Shown: positions 52,739 to 62,892, counted from the first letter of the stretch. The stretch is DNA of 64,000 bases from Escherichia coli (GCF_048403405.1 NZ_CP183129.1), one strand, 5' to 3'. Notes: generated by a model from the sequence alone, not told the origin. Numbers and translations are program-made.

Positions 52739-53893
52739 TTATGCCTGCCACGGATGAATGATTACGCCTTGCACCACGCGGTTAACGGTGCCGCTGGCTG
52801 ATGGGGTATCCGGCGTATTGCCCATGTGCAGCGATTGCATCAGTGCAAACGTCTGGGCGTACATCAGGAAGCAAAATGCCTGCTCAACGTCGATAAAGTG
52901 ACGGGACGGCGGCAGGATGATATGTGGACCGGCGGTAATAACGTCGTTGCTTTCCGCGGCGATGGCGATTACGCGCATTGCCTGGTTATCGCGGCGGAGT
53001 TCTGCCAGCAGATCAAGATCATACTGACGGGTGTAAGGGTGGCTGGAGACAAAAAACACCACCAGCGTTTCGTCATCGACCAGCGATTTTGGTCCATGAC
53101 GGAATCCGGTCGGGGAATCATAAAAGGCCGCCAGTTTACCCGCCGTCAGTTCCAGCACTTTCAGCGCCGACTCGCGTGCTGCGCCCTGTAAGCCACCGCT
53201 GCCGAGATAAACGATCCGTTTCCACGGTGCGTAACCAAACACACCCTCGCTGAAATCGCCCAGTGAGGTCAGGATCGCCTGGCAACGATCCGCCACGTCG
53301 CGGAAGCTCTGGCTATTGATCGTCTCAGGTGCGAAAACCGCGAGGCAGCTGGCCATCATGGTGGTAATGCTGCTGGTCATCGCAAAGCCGCGATCGTGCG
53401 TTTCTGCGGGCATCAGCAGGGCAAACGCGTTGTCGCTGTTGATCGCGTTTTGGTAAAGAGCGCCCGCTTCGTTGCAGGTGATCGGCAGGTGATAGCATTC
53501 TGGTACAAATTGATTTGCCAGTTCCACGGCGGCGACGCTTTCCGGGCTGTTGCCGGATCGACCGAAGGAGATCAACAGTAGCGGATGAGCTGGATTCAGG
53601 TAGTCCATCGGATTAGTGACCAGATCGGTGGTCGGTACGGCGCTGAAGTTTTTACCGGTATGGCTGGCGAGCCACGGCGCGATGATGTCACCGATAAATG
53701 CCGAGGTTCCGGCTCCGGTCAGGATTACCCGCAGATTCTCTTTGAGCAGTAACGGTTCAAGGAAGTTATTGAGCGCGGAACGTAGCGCGTCGATGTTGGT
53801 GAGTGAACGGATCCATGCGCGAGGCTGATGGCGGATCTCTTCTTCAGTCCATGTACCGGTTGCGGCAGCAGCAGGGGTGTAATTTTCTGGCAT
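52739..53893 (-). CDS. agaS: SIS-domain sugar-phosphate isomerase/deaminase AgaS
   Basis: 384-aa ORF with two SIS domains. Confidence 0.94.
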   Translation of the reverse strand: MPENYTPAAAATGTWTEEEIRHQPRAWIRSLTNIDALRSALNNFLEPLLLKENLRVILTGAGTSAFIGDIIAPWLASHTGKNFSAVPTTDLVTNPMDYLNPAHPLLLISFGRSGNSPESVAAVELANQFVPECYHLPITCNEAGALYQNAINSDNAFALLMPAETHDRGFAMTSSITTMMASCLAVFAPETINSQSFRDVADRCQAILTSLGDFSEGVFGYAPWKRIVYLGSGGLQGAARESALKVLELTAGKLAAFYDSPTGFRHGPKSLVDDETLVVFFVSSHPYTRQYDLDLLAELRRDNQAMRVIAIAAESNDVITAGPHIILPPSRHFIDVEQAFCFLMYAQTFALMQSLHMGNTPDTPSASGTVNRVVQGVIIHPWQA

Positions 53894-53929
53894 AACTCAA
53901 TCCTTAGTCTGATGAACTTGACGTCGGGC

Positions 53930-54060
53930 GTTGTCGCTTTCGCTTACCTTTCGTTTCATTTCACTTGGTGATGTCTTTCGTTGATTAAAATCTATAGAAA
54001 AGAAACTGAAAGTTCAATGGAGAAAAAAGAAATAAAACGAAATTTGTGATCATTGAAAGA
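53930..54060. promoter_or_regulatory. agaS promoter region with CTTTC/GAAAG repeat clusters (candidate AgaR operator)
   Basis: Repeated CTTTCG / TTTCGTTTCATTTC / GAAAG units in AT-rich DNA immediately upstream of agaS (minus strand), resembling the repeat arrays between kbaZ and agaR. Confidence 0.45.
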
Positions 54061-54113
54061 AAAGACAAGGGAAGATTAAAGGATTGCGTAATGACGTCGC
54101 TATGTTCACCGAT

Positions 54114-54170
54114 TGCCGGATGCGGCGTACCGTAGGTCGGATCAGACGCGTTAGCGTCGCATCCGACACC
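54114..54170. repeat. REP-like palindromic element in the agaA-agaS spacer
   Basis: GCCGGATGCGGCGTAC ... GTCGGATCAGACGCGTTAGCGTCGCATCCGAC matches REP-type inverted repeats. Confidence 0.7.
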
Positions 54171-54243
54171 GCTGCACAGATCAAAAAGAAAGAAAAAGAA
54201 AGGCCTTACGGGGGAAGTGAAGGCCCAATAATGGAGCAAACCA

Positions 54244-55377
54244 TCAAATCGAAGCTAATTGACCCTGAATCCAGATTTGTTGCACATGCAGCCCGCTATC
54301 CAGCGCAACGACGCTGGCGCGTTTGCCCGGTTTAAGCGATCCCAGAACACCATCAACACCCAGCATTCGCGCCGGATGCAGCGACGCCATATGGATGGCT
54401 TCCGCAGGCGTTACGCCCGTTAACTCGACCATGTTGCGCACTGCTGCATCGACAGATAGCGTACTGCCCGCCAGCCCACCGGACGCGGTACGGACAACGC
54501 CACCGTGCATCTGCACTTCTTCGCCACATAACGTATAGCGACCATCCGGCATCCCAGCTGCCTGCATCGCGTCGGTGATCAGTACGATTCTCTCTTTCGC
54601 ACAGCAACAACACAGCGACATCGCCGCCGGATGCACATGATGACCATCGGCTATCAGTTCCAGCCAGGCGCGCTTGTCCGTTAATCCCGCGCCAACCATT
54701 CCCGGTTCGCGGTGATGTAAACCTGTCATCCCGTTATAGCAATGCACCAGGCCGTCGGCACCAGCATCAAATGCGGCGCGGGTTTGTTGCCAGGTCGCCG
54801 CGCTATGCCCCAGCATCACCCTTACGTTTTGCTGTTTAAGATGGCGGATGGCCTGCAATGCCCCTTCTTTTTCCGGTGCCAGCGCTACCACGCGCAAGGT
54901 GTGCTGAGAAACGGCAATCAATTGATCCAGCTCGGCAATTTCCAGCTCGCGAAACAGCTCCGGCGGATGCGCGCCTTTATTCTGCGGCGTGAAGTATGGT
55001 CCTTCGAGATAACTCCCCAGCACTTGCGCACCAGGTCCGTCGCGTTGGCAACGTTGAGCAATACGTTTCAGCGCCGCATGAATGGTATTAAGCGGCGCGG
55101 TTACGGTGGTCGGTAACCAACTGCCGACACCTTCGCGTGCTTTGTGCATTGCCAGCTTGTCGAGCACATCCGGCGCGTCATCCATTACATCAACGCCCGC
55201 ACCACCGTGTACATGGGTGTCGATGTAAGCGGGGCAGAGCAGTTCCGCATCGCGTTCAGTCACGCCCACTGGAATCGGTTCGATTGCTGCGATTACACCG
55301 TCAGCAATACGCAACTGATGGTCATCGAGCCATCCCTCTTCAGTCAGCAGCCTTCTGGCGCGCAAAACGGGTGTCAT
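54244..55377 (-). CDS. agaA: N-acetylgalactosamine-6-phosphate deacetylase AgaA (full length)
   Basis: 377 aa from ATG at 55375-55377 (MTPVLRARRLLTEEGWLDDHQLRIADGVIAAIEPIPVGV...), NagA-family amidohydrolase; ATG overlaps the agaF stop (ATGA); N-terminus is intact. Confidence 0.93.
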   Translation of the reverse strand: MTPVLRARRLLTEEGWLDDHQLRIADGVIAAIEPIPVGVTERDAELLCPAYIDTHVHGGAGVDVMDDAPDVLDKLAMHKAREGVGSWLPTTVTAPLNTIHAALKRIAQRCQRDGPGAQVLGSYLEGPYFTPQNKGAHPPELFRELEIAELDQLIAVSQHTLRVVALAPEKEGALQAIRHLKQQNVRVMLGHSAATWQQTRAAFDAGADGLVHCYNGMTGLHHREPGMVGAGLTDKRAWLELIADGHHVHPAAMSLCCCCAKERIVLITDAMQAAGMPDGRYTLCGEEVQMHGGVVRTASGGLAGSTLSVDAAVRNMVELTGVTPAEAIHMASLHPARMLGVDGVLGSLKPGKRASVVALDSGLHVQQIWIQGQLASI

Positions 55378-55808
55378 ATTCCTTCCTCGACCGGACATTC
55401 TTCATGGCAGCGGCCTAACTCGTCCACCAAACTGGTCAGCCCACGGTGTCCACACTCCAGCGCCTGCACACGGAACTCTTCACCGCTTAACCCTTCGCGC
55501 TCCAGCACCATCTCCAGTAGCAGTTGCAAATTGGTGCCGGTGATCACTTCACAGCCCGGTTTTTGCATCGCCAGCGTTGAAGCTACGCGAAACGGCGTGC
55601 CGCCCAGCAAATCTGTCAGAAAAACAATGCCGTCTTCACAATCCAGTTGGGCGAAGGCCTCTTCAAGCTGCGATGTAAGCAGCGCGGTGCTTGAGGTTTC
55701 CGGAAAATCGATGGCGATAAACTGCGATTGCTCGCCGAGGATTTGCTTCATTGCTTTTTCCATGCCGCTGGCAAATCCGCCATGCCCTGTCAAAATAATA
55801 CTTAACAT
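55374..55808 (-). CDS. agaF: PTS N-acetylgalactosamine-specific EIIA component AgaF
   Basis: 144-aa ORF MLSIILTGHGGFASGMEKAMKQILGEQSQFIAIDFPE..., mannose-family IIA. Confidence 0.93.
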   Translation of the reverse strand: MLSIILTGHGGFASGMEKAMKQILGEQSQFIAIDFPETSSTALLTSQLEEAFAQLDCEDGIVFLTDLLGGTPFRVASTLAMQKPGCEVITGTNLQLLLEMVLEREGLSGEEFRVQALECGHRGLTSLVDELGRCHEECPVEEGI

Positions 55809-55825
55809 CTAATACCTCATTGTAT

Positions 55826-56704
55826 TTAAAGGAAATGACAGAATTTACCGACGATACCGAGAACCACGGTAACTGCAATCAGGCGCAGCGGACTCCAGCC
55901 GCGGCGTACCAGCCAGAACATGGTCAGGGTGTAGACCAGCGGTAAGAAGGCAGGCATCAGTTTGTCGATAACATCAGCCTGTAACTTAACCACTGCATCG
56001 CCAGCGGTGATTTCCAGCGTGGTGCTTAAACGAACATAGGTTGCTACCAGCGCGCCGATTACCGTCATCCCAACGATTGACGCAGCATGGCCGACTTTTT
56101 TGGTATTCGCTTTAATGAGTGGAATCGCCGCCACGCCCATGCGGTAAGCATAATGCGCCAGACCAAAACGCAGCCCCAGGTGTACCACGTTAAACAGCAC
56201 AATAAAGACGACTGCGCCAAGAATGGAGCCTTGCAATGCCAGACTGGCTCCAATCCCGCCACAAATCGGCAGTAGCGTTAGCCAGAACATTGCATCGCCA
56301 ATCCCGCCAAGCGGCGCACCGACGGCAATTTTGGTGCTCTGAATACTGTTAACGTCCTGCTTAGAACGCTCCATCGCAAGGATAATGCCGATAACAAACG
56401 TCACCAGAAACGGATGGGTATTGAAGAAACCCATATGCCCTTTCATGGCGCGCGCCAGGTCGCGTTTATTAGTGTGGATCTTTTTCAGAGCAGGCAGCAG
56501 ACCGTACAACCAGCCAGAAGCCTGCATACGTTCGTAGTTAAAAGACGCTTGTAACAGCATGGAACGCCAGGCGACGCGGTTGATATCTTTTTTTGTCAGC
56601 TCCGCGCCAATACTCTGATCTTCATACACGTTTTCATTGACGCCTGTCAGCAGTGTTTCTTCGTTTTCACTGACGTTCGGCAGGGTGGTTTGATTAGATG
56701 CCAT
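55826..56704 (-). CDS. agaE: PTS N-acetylgalactosamine-specific EIID component AgaE
   Basis: 292 aa from ATG at 56702-56704 (MASNQTTLPNVSENEETLLTG...), mannose-family IID paralogous to AgaD; overlaps the agaW 3' end by 11 nt; the ORF-track start at 56710 is a TTG two codons upstream. Confidence 0.9.
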   Translation of the reverse strand: MASNQTTLPNVSENEETLLTGVNENVYEDQSIGAELTKKDINRVAWRSMLLQASFNYERMQASGWLYGLLPALKKIHTNKRDLARAMKGHMGFFNTHPFLVTFVIGIILAMERSKQDVNSIQSTKIAVGAPLGGIGDAMFWLTLLPICGGIGASLALQGSILGAVVFIVLFNVVHLGLRFGLAHYAYRMGVAAIPLIKANTKKVGHAASIVGMTVIGALVATYVRLSTTLEITAGDAVVKLQADVIDKLMPAFLPLVYTLTMFWLVRRGWSPLRLIAVTVVLGIVGKFCHFL

Positions 56705-57473
56705 CTTCAAATTCCTCTTTCTGTGCCGCAGGTTGAGTCGGTTCAGGAGATTTACGCAGCAGGTCGATCAGCGCCATCGCCAGCGCGGCGGCAGCAATAG
56801 CCAGCACCGGTAACTTGAGCCAGGCTGCGGCAACAAAGCCCAGGATGAAGTAGGGGATGTAGACGTTTTTCATCATGATTTTCAGCAGCACGGCAAAACC
56901 GATTGCTGGCATGATGCCGCCCGCGACGCCGAGGCCGTCGATTAATCGTTGCGGCAGGACATCAATGATGGTTTTGGCATGTTCTGCGCCGAAGTAGATA
57001 GGCAGGAAAGCGCAGAGAAAATAGAAAGTGCCGAGTGCCAGCAGTGCCAGATAGTTCACGCGTTCAATGCCGCGAGTATCGGCGTTCTCTGCCATCCGGT
57101 CACAGCGGGACATTACGCCAGACATCACCGAGAACAGGAAGGTAATCCCCATCTGTACTGCGACAGCGAAAGGTACGGCGACACCGACCGCGACATCGGG
57201 TTTCACGCCGGTAGTAATGGCAAACGCCGTGCCGACGATAGTACCGATAATCACGTTAGGCGGCTGTGCACCCGCCAGCGGGGCCAGCCCCATCCACACC
57301 AGTTCCAGCGTACCGCCGGTTAAAATACCGGTATGCAGATCGCCAAGTACCAGCCCGACCAACGGGCCGAGGACCACCGGGCGGTGCATATGGGTTAGGC
57401 CGTTAAACATATCCAGGCCAGCGATAAAGGCGATAATGCCCAACGCGAATGCCTGCAACAGACTGATTTCCAT
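56694..57473 (-). CDS. agaW: PTS N-acetylgalactosamine-specific EIIC component AgaW (full length)
   Basis: 259-aa polytopic ORF MEISLLQAFALGIIAFIAGLDMFNGLTHMHRPVVLGPLVG..., intact C-terminus ending EEFEDGI. Confidence 0.93.
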   Translation of the reverse strand: MEISLLQAFALGIIAFIAGLDMFNGLTHMHRPVVLGPLVGLVLGDLHTGILTGGTLELVWMGLAPLAGAQPPNVIIGTIVGTAFAITTGVKPDVAVGVAVPFAVAVQMGITFLFSVMSGVMSRCDRMAENADTRGIERVNYLALLALGTFYFLCAFLPIYFGAEHAKTIIDVLPQRLIDGLGVAGGIMPAIGFAVLLKIMMKNVYIPYFILGFVAAAWLKLPVLAIAAAALAMALIDLLRKSPEPTQPAAQKEEFEDGI

Positions 57474-57483
57474 GATGAATCCC

Positions 57484-57957
57484 TCAAAGTAATTTAAAGA
57501 GGTCCACAGCAGGCTCTGTCGGGACGCCCTGAACGAAGCATTCCACCCCAGCGGCTTTCAGGTCGTTAAATGCTGCGATATCGCCCGCATCTACAGAAAC
57601 CGTTTTGGCGATTTGTTGCTTGCCATTGGCGTAGTGCATATTGCCAACGTTAATGCGATTCACCGGAACGCCACCTTTCACCAGCGTCAGGAAATCGGCA
57701 GGTGTTTTACAAACCAGCAGGATTTTCTGTCGATCGGCGGCGCGATGAATGTTGTCGATGACTTTTTGCAGCGTCCAGAAACGTACGGCGATCCCTTCTG
57801 CCAGTACCATTTCCATCAGGTTTTGTTGTACCGGATCTTCGGCAACCTCATCGTTGGCTACCAGCACCAGATTTGCCCCCGCAAATCCGACCCACTGAAC
57901 GCCGACCTGACCGTGAATCAAGCGTTCATCAATCCGGCTTAAAACAATATTTGGCAT
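57484..57957 (-). CDS. agaV: PTS N-acetylgalactosamine-specific EIIB component AgaV
   Basis: 157 aa from ATG at 57955-57957 (MPNIVLSRIDERLIHGQVGVQWVGFAGANLVLV...); ORF-track start 57993 is an upstream extension. Confidence 0.93.
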   Translation of the reverse strand: MPNIVLSRIDERLIHGQVGVQWVGFAGANLVLVANDEVAEDPVQQNLMEMVLAEGIAVRFWTLQKVIDNIHRAADRQKILLVCKTPADFLTLVKGGVPVNRINVGNMHYANGKQQIAKTVSVDAGDIAAFNDLKAAGVECFVQGVPTEPAVDLFKLL

Positions 57958-57979
57958 AGCGTGTTCCTCTTTGTTTTGC

Positions 57980-59260
57980 TTATTGGCCTTCACAGGCTGT
58001 GTGGTACTGCGCCAGGATGTCCTGAATATGGTTGATAATGAGTTCCCGTGGCGTTGGCTGCAGCTCGCCGGAGCGAACTTTCACGTATTGCAGCGGCAAA
58101 TACTGGCTGATGAGCGGTAGCGGAATTGGTGAATCCGCCAGATTACGAACCAGATGAGCGAAAGCGTCATCAATCTGGCTGTCCGGCCAGTAATAGCGCA
58201 CGCGATCCGAGTAGCTATAACCACGTGCCAGACGACGCGCGTTGCCGTCACCGTGGTAGTGGCTTTGCCAGTATTCCGGGCGGTCGAGCATCACGTTTTC
58301 CAGTACCTGACGCAGACCGGAACAGGCTTTCGCTGGCACCAGTTCTTCTTCAATCGCCGCCAGAGAGAACAGAGCTTCACGCAGGGCGAAGGTCAGCGCC
58401 GGGCCAACTTTCAGAATGGCAAAGTGGTCAATCACCAGCTGGCGCAGCGATTGCGGCGTTTGATAATCGGTAGAGTGCGCTTCGAAAATCAGCGTTTCGT
58501 AGTTTTCGACCATCTGGCTTAAGGCGGTCGCTTTAGCTGGCTGATAATCAATAACGTTGGTGTGATCGAATTCGACGCCGGGTTGTACCACCAGAGCAAT
58601 GATGCGTGGCCAGATGGCACTCAGACCTTGCTTTTCAAAGGCGTGACGATGGGCTTCCAGCGTGGCGCGGGCGGCATCTGGCGTGGTGACCGCCAGCTCG
58701 CTTAAGGTTTCATGCGCGCCGCCAGGTACCGGCACTTCGGTACCAATGACATACTCCAAATCGGCTTCGCCAAAGTGTTCACGACAGGTTTCTTCCGCCA
58801 CTTTCGCCAGACGTGCGGCGCGTTCAGCCACGATGTCATCAGTTAAGGGAATTGGATCGTCCTGACAGGACATGCTGCAATCAAGGTGAATTTTTTTGAA
58901 TCCTGCCGCCACGTAGCTTTTAATCAAATCATCGGCATTGGCCATTGCCTGAGCGGCTGGCAGGTTTTGCCAGCGGTTTGGCCCCAGATGGTCGCCTCCC
59001 AAAATCAACGCATCCTGTGGGAAATTCAACGAGTCGGCGAGCTGACAAACAAAGCCGCGAAAATCGGCGGGCGTCATTCCGGTATAACCGCCGAACTGGT
59101 CCACCTGATTGGAGGTTGCTTCAATCAGTAACGGCGTTTGGTTTGCACTGGCGTAGCGGATTGCAGCTTCCAGCACCAGCGGATGTGCGGAACAAACGGC
59201 ATAAATCCCATTTGTTTTACCCTCTTTGTGCTGTCTCACCATTTCTGTCAGATGTTTCAC
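57980..59260 (-). CDS. kbaZ: Tagatose-bisphosphate aldolase non-catalytic subunit KbaZ
   Basis: 426-aa [40 protein letters not shown]..., apparent GTG start. Confidence 0.94.
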   Translation of the reverse strand: MKHLTEMVRQHKEGKTNGIYAVCSAHPLVLEAAIRYASANQTPLLIEATSNQVDQFGGYTGMTPADFRGFVCQLADSLNFPQDALILGGDHLGPNRWQNLPAAQAMANADDLIKSYVAAGFKKIHLDCSMSCQDDPIPLTDDIVAERAARLAKVAEETCREHFGEADLEYVIGTEVPVPGGAHETLSELAVTTPDAARATLEAHRHAFEKQGLSAIWPRIIALVVQPGVEFDHTNVIDYQPAKATALSQMVENYETLIFEAHSTDYQTPQSLRQLVIDHFAILKVGPALTFALREALFSLAAIEEELVPAKACSGLRQVLENVMLDRPEYWQSHYHGDGNARRLARGYSYSDRVRYYWPDSQIDDAFAHLVRNLADSPIPLPLISQYLPLQYVKVRSGELQPTPRELIINHIQDILAQYHTACEGQ

Positions 59261-59280
59261 TTTCCTCTCCAGTTCAGATT

Positions 59281-59500
59281 ACTGCGATATTAATCTTTCG
59301 TTTTGTTTCAGTTGATACTGCGCCATGGTGAGATAAAAATAAAACGAAAGATAATGGTTTTCTGATCTGATTCACAAAAGAAACATAATGAAAGCCACTG
59401 AAACGAGAGTAGCTTGCGCCAATGGGTAAGGTGGGCTTGCATTTGCTTAATAGAAAGGCGTTAATAGGCAAAACGAAATGAAACGAAAGTTTTACGAAAG
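59281..59500. promoter_or_regulatory. Divergent kbaZ/agaR promoter region with multiple CTTTC/GAAAG repeats (candidate AgaR operators)
   Basis: AATCTTTCGTTTTGTTTCAG (59293-59312), AAAACGAAAG (59341-59350), AAACGAGAG (59401-59409) and AAACGAAATGAAACGAAAGTTTTACGAAAGG (59471-59500) in AT-rich DNA between divergent kbaZ and agaR. Confidence 0.55.
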
Positions 59501-59508
59501 GACTTACT

Positions 59509-60318
59509 ATGAGTAATACCGACGCTTCAGGTGAGAAGCGAATGACAGGCACCAGCGAGCGACGAGAACAGATCATTCAGCGTCTGCGACAGCAAGGGAG
59601 TGTGCAGGTTAACGATCTGTCGGCATTGTATGGCGTATCTACTGTGACGATCCGCAACGATCTGGCGTTTCTGGAAAAGCAGGGGATCGCTGTGCGTGCC
59701 TATGGCGGCGCGTTGATCTGCGATAGCACGACGCCGTCAGTCGAGCCATCAGTGGAAGATAAAAGCGCGCTGAACACCGCAATGAAACGCAGCGTTGCGA
59801 AAGCTGCCGTTGAGTTGATTCAGCCAGGTCATCGGGTAATCCTCGATTCCGGGACCACCACTTTTGAGATTGCTCGTCTGATGCGCAAGCACACTGACGT
59901 AATTGCGATGACCAACGGTATGAACGTGGCTAATGCGTTGCTGGAAGCGGAAGGCGTTGAGCTGCTGATGACCGGCGGGCATTTGCGCCGTCAGTCGCAA
60001 TCTTTTTACGGCGATCAGGCTGAGCAATCGCTGCAAAATTACCACTTCGATATGCTGTTTCTTGGTGTAGATGCGATCGATCTGGAGCGCGGCGTCAGCA
60101 CACATAATGAAGATGAAGCTCGTTTAAACCGCCGGATGTGCGAAGTTGCGGAACGGATCATCGTGGTCACCGATTCCAGTAAGTTCAATCGTTCCAGTTT
60201 ACATAAGATCATTGATACTCAACGTATCGACATGATCATTGTTGATGAAGGCATTCCTGCGGATAGTCTGGAAGGGCTGCGAAAGGCTGGGGTTGAAGTG
60301 ATTCTGGTCGGGGAGTGA
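59509..60318 (+). CDS. agaR: DeoR-family transcriptional repressor AgaR
   Basis: 269-aa ORF with N-terminal HTH ([42 protein letters not shown]) and DeoR C-terminal sugar-phosphate sensor domain. Confidence 0.95.
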   Translation: MSNTDASGEKRMTGTSERREQIIQRLRQQGSVQVNDLSALYGVSTVTIRNDLAFLEKQGIAVRAYGGALICDSTTPSVEPSVEDKSALNTAMKRSVAKAAVELIQPGHRVILDSGTTTFEIARLMRKHTDVIAMTNGMNVANALLEAEGVELLMTGGHLRRQSQSFYGDQAEQSLQNYHFDMLFLGVDAIDLERGVSTHNEDEARLNRRMCEVAERIIVVTDSSKFNRSSLHKIIDTQRIDMIIVDEGIPADSLEGLRKAGVEVILVGE

Positions 60319-60372
60319 GAAAGGGTGCCCGCTGGTCAACACGAATGCGTTCGGCGGGCATTGTGAACACCA

Positions 60373-60837
60373 TCAATGGGTTTCTTCTGTCTCTCGGGTG
60401 AGGGTTTCCCAGTCGGCAGGAGGATGTCCTCTTTTTAACATTTTGCTGAATACGGTATAGGCATCTGTTTTTTTACCGTAGGTGCGCAGAGTGTTTTCAT
60501 CGTTCATCCATCCCAGAATGATGACTTTCTCTTTTTCACTATAACGAAAGAAGAGACGATAACGACCAGCACCAAATTTTACCCGTGACCAGTCTTTATT
60601 TTTCCCAGAGCCTAACGACTTGCCATGACGGAATGCCGGTGATGATGGATTGACCGTGATATGCTCCTCAATCACTTTATGGACTACCGCCAATAACTTT
60701 GTGGCGGCTTTTCTCTGATAATTTTCAGGATCTTTTCCCTTTAATGTCTCGACTTCGGCAACTAAAGCGTCGTAGGTTTCCTGAAAACAGGGATGAGCAT
60801 ATAGCGCCCAACCATTAACCCTTTGTGGAAAATCCAT
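60373..60837 (-). CDS. yhaV: Type II toxin YhaV (ribosome-dependent mRNA interferase)
   Basis: 154-aa ORF MDFPQRVNGWALYAHPCFQETYDALVAEVETLKGKDPENYQRKAATKLL...; ATG overlaps the prlF stop (TAATG). Confidence 0.93.
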   Translation of the reverse strand: MDFPQRVNGWALYAHPCFQETYDALVAEVETLKGKDPENYQRKAATKLLAVVHKVIEEHITVNPSSPAFRHGKSLGSGKNKDWSRVKFGAGRYRLFFRYSEKEKVIILGWMNDENTLRTYGKKTDAYTVFSKMLKRGHPPADWETLTRETEETH

Positions 60838-61172
60838 TATTCGTCGTCGCCAATCTCATCATCAATGTTGACGTCCATGCCAGCGACAAGTTTCTTTCCT
60901 TGTTGAATGTTGAATGGACGAGTTTTTTGCGGGGTGTTCTGGATATCTGCATCCAGAAAACGCAAAAATGCATTCATAGTATGATCCTCCTGTTCATCTC
61001 CCAGTCGGCACATAAATACTTGCCCACCAGGCAGAATTTCGTAATGAATGCTGTCCTGGCCTGGCTTCAGTTTTAAGGCCTCACGCACTGGCGCGGGGAT
61101 AGTTGTTTGTCCGCGTATCGTGACCTTTGATTCAGTGGTCAGTACAGCGTGAGAGCGAGCATTAGCGGGCAT
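60837..61172 (-). CDS. prlF: Antitoxin PrlF (SohA), AbrB/SpoVT-fold
   Basis: 111-aa ORF MPANARSHAVLTTESKVTIRGQTTIPAPVREALKLKPGQDSIHYEILPGGQVFMCRL... with acidic C-terminal tail. Confidence 0.93.
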   Translation of the reverse strand: MPANARSHAVLTTESKVTIRGQTTIPAPVREALKLKPGQDSIHYEILPGGQVFMCRLGDEQEDHTMNAFLRFLDADIQNTPQKTRPFNIQQGKKLVAGMDVNIDDEIGDDE

Positions 61173-61228
61173 GATTCACTGTCCTTTTACAGCCTGTTTT
61201 CTGCTCAAATTATAAGCTTGAACTAAGG

Positions 61229-61244
61229 TAATGCAAATGCATTA
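61229..61244. promoter_or_regulatory. Perfect 7-2-7 inverted repeat TAATGCA-AA-TGCATTA upstream of prlF (candidate PrlF-YhaV autoregulatory operator)
   Basis: Palindrome 57-72 bp upstream of the prlF start codon, in the position expected for a TA autorepression site. Confidence 0.4.
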
Positions 61245-61267
61245 TTAATGTACGTGGGGGCTTTAAA

Positions 61268-61300
61268 CAATAAAAACATGGCACTAAGGCCATGTTTTGC
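61268..61300 (-). terminator. Intrinsic terminator after garD
   Basis: 10-bp stem AAAACATGGC / GCCATGTTTT with 6-nt loop; on the minus strand the hairpin is followed by TTTTTATTGTTT. Confidence 0.7.
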
Positions 61301-61320
61301 GAGGGACGTTCCAAAAGAAA

Positions 61321-62892
61321 TCAGGTCACCGGTGCCGGGTTAAACACCGCCAGCTGGTTATGCAGTCCCCATTGATCTGAGAAGGTTTTCTTCTTCCCGC
61401 TGGCGACGTCGAGAATAAAGTGGAACAACTTCCAGCCCACCTCTTCAATAGTTTCTTCGCCGGTAGCGATGGTGCCCGCATTAATATCCATTAAATCAAA
61501 CCAGCGGTTCGCCAGCTCGGTGCGGGTCGCCATTTTAATGACGGGTACCGCCATCAGGCCGTACGGCGTACCGCGACCGGTCGTAAACACTTGCACGGTA
61601 ATCCCTGAAGCCACCTGTTGTGTGCCACAGACAAAATCACTGGCTGGCGTCGCGGCGTAAATTAATCCGCGTTTAGTCGGGCGTTGACCGGGCGACAGCA
61701 CTTCAACAATTGCACTTTTACCCGATTTAGCAATGGAGCCGAGCGCTTTCTCCACCACGTTTGCCAGACCGCCTTTCTTGTTGCCCGGCGAAGGGTTGGC
61801 GCTGCGGTCGGTTTTTCCCATATTGAGATAGTTATCGTACCACTCCATCTCCTCCAGCAGCCGTTTGCCGACCTCTTCGTTCACTGCGCGTGGTGTCAGC
61901 AGATGGATCGCGTCACGCACTTCCGTGACTTCTGAAAACATCACCGTTGCGCCGCAGCGCACCAGTAGATCAGACGCATACCCAACCGCCGGGTTTGCCG
62001 TTACGCCAGAAAACGCATCGCTACCGCCGCACTGCATGCCGACAACCAGTTCTGAAGCCGGACAGGTTTCTCGCTGCCGTTGATTCAGTTTGTGCAAATG
62101 GCGTTCGGCGACCTGCAAAATATCCTCGACCATGGACTGAAAACCGACATGCTTTTCATCCTGCAAACTGACAATGCTGGCGCTTTCTACTGGAATAGCT
62201 TGCACATCATCCGTTCCAGTCAGCAGGCGTTCAGGCTGCAACTTTTCACAACCCAGACCAATCACCATTACTTCGCCGCCAAAGTTAGGGTTCAGCGAAA
62301 TATTGTGAATGGTACGAATAGGCACAACTGCCGCCGGTGCGTTAATCGCCACGCCACAACCGTACAAATGATTCAGCCCCACCACGCCATCGACGTTCGG
62401 GTATTTCGGTAGCAGATCGCGTTCAATGATTTTTACTACATAGTCCACCACGCCTGCCACACAGTGGACGCTGGTGGTGATGCCGAGCAGGTTTTTAGTG
62501 CCCACGCTGCCATCGGCATTGCGATAGCCCTCAAAGGTGTATCCTTCCAGTGGCGGTAAGGGTGCCGGGACTTTGGTTGCCAGTGGCAGCGTGTGTAACG
62601 GTGGCGCTTCCGGTAGCACAACCATTGATTCGTCGATCCAGCTTCCGCGTGGGATTGCGCGCACGGCGTAACCAATCACTTCGCCATAACGAATAATTTC
62701 ACCATTAGCCGGAATGTCCAGCAATGCGACTTTATGCCCCTGGGGAATATGTTCAATTAATTCCAGCCCATCCGGAAAACGCGTTCCTGCTTTCAGGCCA
62801 TTATCATTAACAATAATTGCCACATTATCTGTGTCGTGAACTTTTATATAAAACGCAGTTGGCGTTTCTTGTCTGATTTCGATGTTGGCCAT
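61321..62892 (-). CDS. garD: Galactarate dehydratase (L-threo-3-deoxy-hexulosarate-forming)
   Basis: 523-aa [60 protein letters not shown]... Confidence 0.95.
   Translation of the reverse strand: MANIEIRQETPTAFYIKVHDTDNVAIIVNDNGLKAGTRFPDGLELIEHIPQGHKVALLDIPANGEIIRYGEVIGYAVRAIPRGSWIDESMVVLPEAPPLHTLPLATKVPAPLPPLEGYTFEGYRNADGSVGTKNLLGITTSVHCVAGVVDYVVKIIERDLLPKYPNVDGVVGLNHLYGCGVAINAPAAVVPIRTIHNISLNPNFGGEVMVIGLGCEKLQPERLLTGTDDVQAIPVESASIVSLQDEKHVGFQSMVEDILQVAERHLHKLNQRQRETCPASELVVGMQCGGSDAFSGVTANPAVGYASDLLVRCGATVMFSEVTEVRDAIHLLTPRAVNEEVGKRLLEEMEWYDNYLNMGKTDRSANPSPGNKKGGLANVVEKALGSIAKSGKSAIVEVLSPGQRPTKRGLIYAATPASDFVCGTQQVASGITVQVFTTGRGTPYGLMAVPVIKMATRTELANRWFDLMDINAGTIATGEETIEEVGWKLFHFILDVASGKKKTFSDQWGLHNQLAVFNPAPVT

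Noticed and set aside
53985-54335. Two small ORFs (84 and 83 aa) in the agaA-agaS intergenic region
   Set aside because: The region is occupied by a REP-like palindrome and CTTTC operator repeats; the ORFs have no ribosome-binding sites and repetitive translations (FFFFLF).
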